A stretch of DNA of 64,000 nt, taken from positions 96,001 through 160,000 of the forward strand of contig JBKAGE010000039.1 in the NCBI GenBank assembly GCA_046290225.1. The letters run 5' to 3'. This document shows, piece after piece, positions 1-7,675 of this stretch. The DNA comes from Bradymonadia bacterium (GTDB taxonomy: Bacteria; Myxococcota_A; Bradymonadia; UBA7976; UBA1532). A program made the position numbers and the translations under genes. The notes under the pieces were generated by a model. It saw only the letters and a program-made list of their open reading frames with translations. It was not told the origin of the DNA and ran no database searches. How positions within the stretch are numbered: the stretch's first letter is position 1; the number at the start of each line of letters is the position of its first letter.

Positions 1-16
1 GTGCAACCGAATGGGC

Positions 17-1306
17 TCAAGGCGAGGTGAGCCATGAGATCTCCGCCGCAAAGCGGCTTTGGATGGAGGGGGCGTCTTGAATACGAGAGTTGCCCCAATA
101 TCCGTTGGGACACTCTGCAGTCCCACCTGATGCGCCAGGTGCGCAGGCGAATTGTGGGAAGGCCTGCCAGTCCGAATTGATGTACGCCAGGATCCCGAGC
201 TGTGGCGTCGATCGGGCGAAGTCGAACACAGGGGCGTACCACGCACTCCAGAGATCATCTTCGGACAGAGGCCGCTCGCCGAGCTCACCGGTGATACAGC
301 GTACGTCGGATTGTCCCGCGCCATTGTCGGTGCGGTACCCCGCAGGAGCGGCCTCAGCGATCATCAAAGGTTTGTCGTGCGCTGCGGCAAACTCTGCGGC
401 CTGCGCGTACAGTGTGGCTGGCTGCAGATTCGGGGTGGAGCAACGCCACGGGCCCTCGAGGTGGGCTGGGGCCCATGTGAAGGCGCTGATGGCCACCCAG
501 TCCACAAAGGCATCGCCGGGATACCACTGGTCGAGGTGGTCTGCCAGACCCGGGTCGTAGTGGCGGCGTGCATCTCCGCTTCGAGGGTAGGCCGCTGATT
601 GCCAGACGGTCTGGATCGACTCGGCGCCCAGAGCATCGATGCGACTCTTCACCACCTGAAATGCTTCGATGTAGAGATCTTTGTCGTAGCAGTTCCAGGG
701 CCCGTCGAACTCATAGCCGATGCGCAGATACACATCTCGGCCGGTCCCCTGAAGGTAGGCGATGAGGGCGTCGAGTGACTGCCGGTAGTCTTCACCGAGC
801 CCAGCTGCGAGATCTGGATCTGCCCGGCCGGTGAGGGCCCTGAGTGTTTGATCGTTACACTCTGCGTGACTGTCCGACAGGTACAGGCCAACGGCGAGCG
901 CTGCGTCGGGATACTCGGCGAGGCTGGCTTCGAAGTCGTTGATGGTGCCGTTGATGTCGCACGGACCATCTGTGGTGCCGGAGCACGTGCCAGGGACGAT
1001 GTTCGTGTAGAGCGTGATCCCGTCGGGCTCCGGGAAGTCCGCATCGGCATTGAGGACTTCGGTGCGAAAGGCTGAGAGATCTGGCGTGTTCTGGCCGACG
1101 AAGAACATCAGCGGGGTATCTCGTACCTCGGGCGTCGATGTCGCAGCATCATGTTCAGCAGGTGAGCCGTCTTCAGGGGGCGAAGCGTCGACGAGGGTGG
1201 GCACCCTTTGCGGATCTGAAGAGGTGTCGCAGCCGAGGAGCAGGCCCGTGAGGGCCAGATGGCACATGAGGCGGTGGACGGACAAGTAAAGCATTGAAGG
1301 CATCAT
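17..1306 (-). CDS. Lipoprotein with GH26-like glycoside hydrolase domain (beta-1,3-xylanase/mannanase-like)
   Basis: Lipobox LLLGC; YLRIGYEFDGPWN (acid/base Glu), WYPGD and KPLMIAE (nucleophile Glu) motifs of GH26. Start placed at MMPSML; alternatives possible. Confidence 0.7.
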   Translation of the reverse strand: MMPSMLYLSVHRLMCHLALTGLLLGCDTSSDPQRVPTLVDASPPEDGSPAEHDAATSTPEVRDTPLMFFVGQNTPDLSAFRTEVLNADADFPEPDGITLYTNIVPGTCSGTTDGPCDINGTINDFEASLAEYPDAALAVGLYLSDSHAECNDQTLRALTGRADPDLAAGLGEDYRQSLDALIAYLQGTGRDVYLRIGYEFDGPWNCYDKDLYIEAFQVVKSRIDALGAESIQTVWQSAAYPRSGDARRHYDPGLADHLDQWYPGDAFVDWVAISAFTWAPAHLEGPWRCSTPNLQPATLYAQAAEFAAAHDKPLMIAEAAPAGYRTDNGAGQSDVRCITGELGERPLSEDDLWSAWYAPVFDFARSTPQLGILAYINSDWQAFPQFACAPGASGGTAECPNGYWGNSRIQDAPSIQSRFAAEISWLTSP

Positions 1307-1331
1307 AGCGTGTGTAGGAGGGCGTGCTCCA

Positions 1332-2621
1332 TCAGCCATCACCGAGCATCTTCGGCATGTCACTCAGACGAATGCGCGCTGTCGTGCCCTGACCCACCTT
1401 GCTCTCTACATGAAAGCTCCACCCCAGCCGAAGGCACAACCCGTTCACGATGGCGAGGCCCAGACCATGACCATCTCCGGGGCCGCGCACGTATGGCTCT
1501 GTGATCCGCGTCAGGATGTCCTCGGGGATGCCAGGCCCCGTGTCCCGAATCTGCAGGCCATTGATGTCATATTCGAGGGTGATGTGACCCTCGGCCGTGT
1601 GGCGGAGAGCGTTGCTCAACAGGTTGTTGAGCATCATCCTCAGGGCGAGGCGCGGTGCCTCGACCACGGCCTCTGGCGGCACTTGCACTGACAGGGCGAC
1701 TTTGGGGCTGGCGCGGTGGTGCAGGCGCTCCACCAGCTCATCGACGAGTGGCCGAAGCGCCACTGTCTCCGATGGCGGCATTCGACCCTGACTACGAGCG
1801 AGCCAGAGACAGGTTTCGATGATGCCGTTCATGTCCTGGAGGGCGCGATCGAGACGACCAAGGGGGCGCTCGAGTCTCTGCTCGCCGAGATCGCCCAGCA
1901 ACTCCGACACCCCACATGCGACGGCGAGGGCTGATCTCAGCTCATGGCTGGTGTAGCGCCCGAAGAGCTGCTCCTGCCGTGCAGAGGCGGCCACTCTGCC
2001 CATGGCGATCTCCAGATGATCCGCCAGCAACCCCAACTCGTCATCGGAGACGAGCACGCGCAAGCTCGGTGGCGGGTCGTCGGGTGTGTGGGCGGCCACC
2101 GCCTCGGTGAGGCGACGCAGGGGGGCGATGATGTGTCGAGTGGTAAGCACCCCCAGGGTGACACCGATGAGAGCCACCAGGGTGGAGAGGCCGAAAATCA
2201 AGAGATCGATTTGACCATCAAAGGCCTCGCTCGCTTCAAAGTCACTCTCGTTGACATAGAGGTAGGCGCGCTGGCCGTCCGGAAGCGGGAAGATCCGGAG
2301 GTTCCACCGGGCCTCTCCAAGCCCCTCGACTTCGTGAGCGCCCTCGGAGAGCGCTGCGACGCGCCCCTGCAAATCCGGATGGAGTTGCTCGAGGCTCGTG
2401 GTGCAGGAGATGAGTCGTCCTGAGGGCAGGGGCGCATCAGGTGCCTGGGCACGGAGTCCGAGTACATGCTGCATCTCGGCGTCGAGCCAGCGCTCGATCA
2501 TGGCATCCTCGGCCATGTGGACCGCAGTCCAGGCGAGGCCCCCGTAAATGTAGGTCAGCAGTGCACCGAAGAGGGCAAAGGCCAGCAGAAACCGAAGACG
2601 GAGGCTGCGGATGGGCCTCAA
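1332..2621 (-). CDS. Sensor histidine kinase, ColS-like
   Basis: Two TM segments, HAMP, H-box SHELRS, NLLSNA, DTGPG and GLGL boxes; start overlaps the regulator stop; periplasmic FEASE (ExxE). Confidence 0.9.
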   Translation of the reverse strand: MRPIRSLRLRFLLAFALFGALLTYIYGGLAWTAVHMAEDAMIERWLDAEMQHVLGLRAQAPDAPLPSGRLISCTTSLEQLHPDLQGRVAALSEGAHEVEGLGEARWNLRIFPLPDGQRAYLYVNESDFEASEAFDGQIDLLIFGLSTLVALIGVTLGVLTTRHIIAPLRRLTEAVAAHTPDDPPPSLRVLVSDDELGLLADHLEIAMGRVAASARQEQLFGRYTSHELRSALAVACGVSELLGDLGEQRLERPLGRLDRALQDMNGIIETCLWLARSQGRMPPSETVALRPLVDELVERLHHRASPKVALSVQVPPEAVVEAPRLALRMMLNNLLSNALRHTAEGHITLEYDINGLQIRDTGPGIPEDILTRITEPYVRGPGDGHGLGLAIVNGLCLRLGWSFHVESKVGQGTTARIRLSDMPKMLGDG

Positions 2622-3283
2622 GGGGCGATCCGCCAGCCCGAGCCGTGCACTGTGTGCAGCAGCGGGGTAGGGAAAGGGCGATCAATGGCCCGGCGGAGCG
2701 CATAGACATGGCTGCGGAGCACGTCGCTCCCCGGGGGCTGATCGCCCCAAAGCGTGTGAAGCAGCGCGTCGCGAGTGACCAGATTGGGCGAGGCGCGCAT
2801 CAGCTCTGCCAGCAACGCCACACCCATACGGTTCAGGCTGATCGCCTGCCCGGCGCGGGTGATCTCGTGGGTGCCGAGATCGAGCACGAGATCGGCCACC
2901 TGGAGTCGGCTGGACTCCACCCGGCGTCTCAGCGTGAGGGCTTGGAGCCGGACCTCGAGCTCTCGCAACGAGAAAGGCTTGCTTAGGTAGTCGTCTGTGC
3001 CCGCCTCGAATCCTGCAAGGGTGTCTTCCAGGGTGTCGTTGGCCGTGAGCATCAGGATGGGCACTGTTCTGTGGGTCGATTCTCTGATGCGGCGACAGAC
3101 TGCCAGCCCGTCCATGCCCGGCAGGTTCACATCCAAAACAATGGCGTCGTAGACCTCGGTCACGGCGAGGTGCAGACCGCCGAGGCCATTGGAGGCAAGC
3201 TCTACGCTGTGACCGCGGGCTGTGAGGTGATCGATGATGTTGTCGGCGATGTCGAGGTGATCCTCGATGACGAGCACACGCAT
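2618..3283 (-). CDS. OmpR-family response regulator, ColR-like
   Basis: Receiver MRVLVIED...LDVNLPGMDG...DDYLSKPF and winged-helix C-terminus SDVLRSHVYALRRAIDRPF..LLHTVHG, resembling Pseudomonas ColR. Confidence 0.9.
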   Translation of the reverse strand: MRVLVIEDHLDIADNIIDHLTARGHSVELASNGLGGLHLAVTEVYDAIVLDVNLPGMDGLAVCRRIRESTHRTVPILMLTANDTLEDTLAGFEAGTDDYLSKPFSLRELEVRLQALTLRRRVESSRLQVADLVLDLGTHEITRAGQAISLNRMGVALLAELMRASPNLVTRDALLHTLWGDQPPGSDVLRSHVYALRRAIDRPFPTPLLHTVHGSGWRIAP

Positions 3284-3338
3284 GGCAACCCGATGACCCT
3301 GAGGGAGAGTAGAGGCCGAGTCTAACACGATGGGGGCT

Positions 3339-4445
3339 CTAAATATCGCCGCCGGGGGTCAGGCCGCTGGGCACCTGAGCGGGGATCCGGCGATCGAAGT
3401 CTTCGTCGGTGAGCGCACGCAGAAAAGATTGGATGTCCCCCACATCTCTGCCGCCTACATCCAGACCTCTGACTTTGCGATCCAGACCTCGATCCTCGAT
3501 GTCATCATAGAACTCGATGGCCTCTTCGAGGCTGCCCACACGACCGCTGTGCATATAGGGCCGGGTGAGATCGATGTTGCGCAGGGTGGGGGTGCGGAAT
3601 GCACGTCTGCCATTGCCTTGATCTGGCATCCCAGGCTGATCAGGCGCCCCAATACGGTGGACCTCGAAGTCGGAGAACATGGGGCCTGAGTGACAGTCGG
3701 CACAGCCGACACCATGGAAGGCGTTGAGCCCTCGGCGCTGGCGGCTGCTGAGGGCCGAGTCTTCTCCGGCGAGCCATCGATCATAGGGGCTGTCGGGTCG
3801 AGAGAGGTGGCGCTCGAAGGCTGCGATGGCGCGGGCGAGGTTCATCTCGGTCACTGCGTCCTCGGGGGATGCATCGAAGGCATCGGCGAACAAGGCCACA
3901 TATTCCGGGTTCTGAGAGAGACGCTCTACGACCTGTGCCACCGCCTCGTCCTCAGGGTAGGCGTCGCCGCGCATCTCCACATCTGATCGGATGGGGCCGA
4001 GGGCTTGAGCCTCGAGGCTCTCTTCGCGGCTGTCCCAGAACATGGGGGCGTCCAGCGGATCAGGCACGTCGGTGACGTCGACCCAACCATTGAAGCCAGT
4101 GTGGAGCACCGTAGGGGCATTCCGAGGTACAAGGGGGACATCAGGATCTCGCTCGCGGGCCGGACCGAGCCCCTGGCCGCCGACCCCGATGGACACTGCG
4201 AGACCGTCACCATAACCAAAATCTGGATGATGACATGTGGCACAGGCGACATCCTGATGGCCCGAAAGGATCGGATCCCAGAACAACAGACGCCCCAGCT
4301 CCACCTTCTTCTCTGTGAGCGGGTTCCCCGTGGGCGAAGGGGCAATGTCTGGTAGGGCCTGAAGTGTATCCCGAGAGACCTCAGGATGCTCACCACAGGC
4401 TGTAAAGCAGAGACAGGCAACAGGCAGGAGCAAGGGGGCGCGCAT
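3339..4445 (-). CDS. Di-heme cytochrome c peroxidase/MauG-family lipoprotein
   Basis: Two CxxCH motifs (CATCH, CADCH), LGRLLFWDPILS, RNAPT, FRTPTLRNI..T.PYMHSG; lipobox FTAC. Confidence 0.9.
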   Translation of the reverse strand: MRAPLLLPVACLCFTACGEHPEVSRDTLQALPDIAPSPTGNPLTEKKVELGRLLFWDPILSGHQDVACATCHHPDFGYGDGLAVSIGVGGQGLGPARERDPDVPLVPRNAPTVLHTGFNGWVDVTDVPDPLDAPMFWDSREESLEAQALGPIRSDVEMRGDAYPEDEAVAQVVERLSQNPEYVALFADAFDASPEDAVTEMNLARAIAAFERHLSRPDSPYDRWLAGEDSALSSRQRRGLNAFHGVGCADCHSGPMFSDFEVHRIGAPDQPGMPDQGNGRRAFRTPTLRNIDLTRPYMHSGRVGSLEEAIEFYDDIEDRGLDRKVRGLDVGGRDVGDIQSFLRALTDEDFDRRIPAQVPSGLTPGGDI

Positions 4446-4490
4446 GTCGATCTCCAGTGGTGGGGCTGATCTCAGTATTCCAAGTTCGAT

Positions 4491-4531
4491 GTCAAAGGTG
4501 TGTCGAGATGTCGTGAAAATTTTGTGGAATC
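4491..4531 (-). promoter_or_regulatory. Putative OmpR/ColR-type binding site: four half-sites at 11-bp period
   Basis: On + strand GTCAAA (4491), GTCGAG (4502), GTGAAA (4513), GTGGAA (4524); near-identical copy at 7608-7648. Confidence 0.65.
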
Positions 4532-4578
4532 TACCTATGTGCATGTTTGAAACACCCAGCAGCGTGCTCGCCCTCCAT

Positions 4579-4607
4579 TTGCATATTCCATGGATTTGTG
4601 GATTATG
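4579..4607 (+). promoter_or_regulatory. Putative promoter and ArsR/SmtB operator
   Basis: Imperfect inverted repeat CATATTCCA-N8-TGGATTATG (4582-4607) overlapping TTGCAT (4579) and GATTAT (4601), just upstream of ATG 4613. Confidence 0.55.
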
Positions 4608-4612
4608 GGCGT

Positions 4613-4942
4613 ATGAGCACGGAGCACACGACACCGGATCATGCACACGTCACTGACGTCGTATTGAAACGTGCCGCGCGGATGTTCGGCGCGGTCTCGA
4701 ACCCTGAGCGGTTGCGTCTGCTTGAATGCCTGCGTGGCGGTGAAGCGTGCGTCTCTGGCCTGGCCGAGCATTTGGGTGAGCCTGTGACCACGACTTCGAA
4801 CCGACTGCAGATCCTGGCTCGAGCGGGCCTGGTGGTGAAACGCCGCGAGGAGCGACACCAGTACTACCGCCTCGCCGACGAGCACGTGGTTCAGCTGCTC
4901 GACTTCGCCCTCGAACACGCCCAACACACCGAATTGTATTGA
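4613..4942 (+). CDS. ArsR/SmtB-family metal-sensing repressor (CzrA/SmtB alpha5 type)
   Basis: Winged HTH (AVSNPERLRLL...VSGLAEHLG...SNRLQILARAGLV); C-terminal D-x-H-x10-H-x2-H alpha5 metal site. Confidence 0.85.
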   Translation: MSTEHTTPDHAHVTDVVLKRAARMFGAVSNPERLRLLECLRGGEACVSGLAEHLGEPVTTTSNRLQILARAGLVVKRREERHQYYRLADEHVVQLLDFALEHAQHTELY

Positions 4943-4965
4943 GAGATCCGACAGGAGGAGCACCC

Positions 4966-5310
4966 ATGGAATGCGAGAAGCACCCTGAGCACGATCATGT
5001 GCACGGCCCCGACTGTGGCCACACCGCAGTCCAGCACGGCGACCACGTGGACTACCTGCACGACGGCCACCTGCATCACCCGCACGGGGATCATGTCGAC
5101 GAGCATGTCATCGAGGTGAGCGAGAAGAACCCGGATGGCTGCACGCCAGCGCACAGCTGCGGTGGCCACGATGCAGATCACGTGCACGGCCCTGGATGTG
5201 GGCACGAGGCGGTGCCCCACGGCGATCACGTCGACTATCTGGTCGACGGCCACCTGCACCACCCTCATGGTGATCACTGCGATGATCACGGCCCCCTCGT
5301 CACCGCCTGA
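4966..5310 (+). CDS. Small His/Cys-rich putative metal-binding protein with internal duplication
   Basis: AGGAGG RBS; 114 aa with 27 His and 6 Cys; two copies of HVHGPxCGHxAVxHGDHVDYLxDGHLHHPHGDH. Confidence 0.8.
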   Translation: MECEKHPEHDHVHGPDCGHTAVQHGDHVDYLHDGHLHHPHGDHVDEHVIEVSEKNPDGCTPAHSCGGHDADHVHGPGCGHEAVPHGDHVDYLVDGHLHHPHGDHCDDHGPLVTA

Positions 5311-5418
5311 GAGCCTGTTGTCTGTAGCGTCCAGACAACGCACTCGCTAGGACTGTGTGAGCGCATACCCGAGGCTGACCTGACAGGTTGGCCTTTCTGG
5401 TTCACACAGGACACCTGC

Positions 5419-6279
5419 ATGCACGACACACTCGCCGATGATCCCTGGGGGGCTCACGTCTCCACCTACGATCGCATCTACGCTCCGATGACGGGTTACA
5501 TCGCCCGCAGTCTGCTCTCGGCTGCTGAGGCGCGGCTCGCCGTCAACGCCCGCATCCTCGACATTGCCTGTGGGAGCGGCGCGCTGTTCATGCCGGCGGT
5601 CGAGCGGGCCGAGCGACGCCGAGCCATGGGCGGCACTGATCATGTGGTGGGCAGCGATTTTTCCCCAGGCATGTTGAGCGTGGCCCAGCGCAAGGCAGAG
5701 AAAGCCTATGACGCTGAGCTGTTTCACTGCGATGTGCAGAATGGTCAGGCGCTCACTTACGAGGATGCCAGCTTCGACGCTGTGTTCTCCTGCTTCGGCA
5801 TATTCCTGTTCGAGGATCGACACGCAGGCTGGCGAGAGGCCGCCCGGGTTCTGGCCCCTGGCGGCGTCTTCGGCACCGCGGTCTGGATGGCCCCGGAGCA
5901 CAACGAGATGTTTCGTACCCAGTTTGGGCCCATGGTCGAGGCGCTGCCGAGCCGGATCACGGAGAACATGCAGCCGCCGGGCTGGCTCGACGTGGCGCAT
6001 GCAGAGGGCTTGAGATCAGAGGTCCAGGCGGCGGGCTTCGTCGATGTGGAAGTGCACCCGTTTCATACGCACTTCGTGATCCCCAGCGCTGAGGATGCAT
6101 GGGCGGCGATGCTCGACAACCCCTCTGGCGGATCTCTGCTGCGCCAGTGCGACGATGCTGAGCGGGCGGCGATCAAGGCCCGCGTGCTTGAGGCGCTTCA
6201 GGCACGCACCTCGGGGACGGATCATCCACTCGTGCTCGAGGCCTCGTGCAATCTCCTGATCGCCCGCAAGGCCGCCTGA
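5419..6279 (+). CDS. Class I SAM-dependent methyltransferase
   Basis: ILDIACGSG, DFSPGML, SFDAVFSCFG, RVLAPGG motifs. Confidence 0.85.
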   Translation: MHDTLADDPWGAHVSTYDRIYAPMTGYIARSLLSAAEARLAVNARILDIACGSGALFMPAVERAERRRAMGGTDHVVGSDFSPGMLSVAQRKAEKAYDAELFHCDVQNGQALTYEDASFDAVFSCFGIFLFEDRHAGWREAARVLAPGGVFGTAVWMAPEHNEMFRTQFGPMVEALPSRITENMQPPGWLDVAHAEGLRSEVQAAGFVDVEVHPFHTHFVIPSAEDAWAAMLDNPSGGSLLRQCDDAERAAIKARVLEALQARTSGTDHPLVLEASCNLLIARKAA

Positions 6280-6286
6280 AGCGGCA

Positions 6287-7558
6287 CTAATTCAGGCTGT
6301 TCACGTAGTCGATGATGAGCTGGATGCCTTCTTCGTCGGGGAGGGTGGTGCCCAGGAAGGGCATTTCACCACGCTCCAATTGCCCACGCACTTTGCGCTC
6401 TTTCTCCTCGATGCCGGTTTGAGCCAGCGGCGTGGTGTATCGGAGGTCGAGCTCGGCCTCCTCACCGGACTCGTCCCAGGCACCAGGGCGATGACAGTGG
6501 GCGCAGTTGATCTCCAAATAGGCCCGGGCGCGCTGTTCGAGAGAGAGGCTGGTGTCCTTGAAGTTCGGCAGAGCGGGCATATCGGACCAGTCCTCGGCGA
6601 ACACCCCTTCACCGTTTAGATGCGCCAGCTGATTCACCGCGCCGCCGCCTCGGCTCACCATGCGGTTCAGGTTGAGCACAGTGGGGCCGATGAAGCTCGA
6701 CACCTCGTCGAGCTGGTGGCAGGTGACGCACTCTTCCTCTTTGGGCACGGCATACTCAGTGCTCTGCCGCTGGCCAGCATCATCGATCCAAGAGATGTCG
6801 GTCTGCGTACCATCGAGTAGGAGGGTGGCGTCGGTCTGCTCAGGATTCCAAAGGTAGGTGGCGACGTTCCATTGACCTTCCGTTTTCACCAAAAGGCGGG
6901 TCTCGATGATCTGAAGAGAGCTGTCGAGATCACGCATGTCGATGGGGTAGTAGAAGGTCTTGGCGAGGATGCTGCCCTCGGGGAACACGAGCCTGTCATC
7001 TTCACCTCGGGTGACGACCGTACCTTCGGGCACCTTCACCAAACGCTGCTTGTGGGCGTAGTCCGTGAACAGTTCTGAAGACAGCTCGTAGAGCAGCGTG
7101 CCCTCTGCAGGCTGAAGAGTGTTCAGCGGGGCCTGGTAGAGGCCATAGCCCGAGAGGCGGGCGGCGAAGTCTTCAGAGCGGGGAATCTCGAAGTCCAGAT
7201 CGTACGGATCTGGCTCGTCTTCATCATCCCAGGGATTGCCTCCACCGTCCTCGCGACCGCCCGAGCCACCGCCTGAGCTGTCACCGTCGCCGTCTCCTTC
7301 GCCACCGGCACCTCCCACGGTGTCAGAGCCGCCTGTAGCACCAGCACCACCCATGGGTCCTTCGCCGCCCACCGCACCTGTACCCCCCATGGCACCAGCA
7401 CCACCCTGAGCACCATCACCTCCAGAGCTGACAGCATCGTCGCTGCTCGAATCGCACCCTGTGAGAGACGTCGCCGCCATGCCCAGGGTGAGGAGCAGCG
7501 TAGCCGGGTGCTTGAGGAGAGTGGACGTCAGTGGGCTGTTGGGCAGATGAGAGCGCAT
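6287..7558 (-). CDS. Di-heme c-type cytochrome lipoprotein, SO2930-family-like
   Basis: Lipobox LTGC, Gly-rich linker, LFTDYAHKQR, FPEGSILAKTFY, IETRLL, CVTCH and RARAYLEINCAHCH. Confidence 0.75.
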   Translation of the reverse strand: MRSHLPNSPLTSTLLKHPATLLLTLGMAATSLTGCDSSSDDAVSSGGDGAQGGAGAMGGTGAVGGEGPMGGAGATGGSDTVGGAGGEGDGDGDSSGGGSGGREDGGGNPWDDEDEPDPYDLDFEIPRSEDFAARLSGYGLYQAPLNTLQPAEGTLLYELSSELFTDYAHKQRLVKVPEGTVVTRGEDDRLVFPEGSILAKTFYYPIDMRDLDSSLQIIETRLLVKTEGQWNVATYLWNPEQTDATLLLDGTQTDISWIDDAGQRQSTEYAVPKEEECVTCHQLDEVSSFIGPTVLNLNRMVSRGGGAVNQLAHLNGEGVFAEDWSDMPALPNFKDTSLSLEQRARAYLEINCAHCHRPGAWDESGEEAELDLRYTTPLAQTGIEEKERKVRGQLERGEMPFLGTTLPDEEGIQLIIDYVNSLN

Positions 7559-7607
7559 ATCGGCCTTCACGGGTGTGGAGCGTTGGGTCCACCGTACCCG
7601 TTTCAGC

Positions 7608-7648
7608 GTCAACGCTTTGTTGATGAGGCGTGAAAAGTTCGTGGAATC
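7608..7648 (-). promoter_or_regulatory. Putative OmpR/ColR-type binding site: four half-sites at 11-bp period
   Basis: GTCAAC (7608), GTTGAT (7619), GTGAAA (7630), GTGGAA (7641); 7629-7648 matches 4512-4531 at 18 of 20 bases. Confidence 0.65.
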
Positions 7649-7675
7649 GACCGCAAAATTGGAGGTCGAGTAGGA

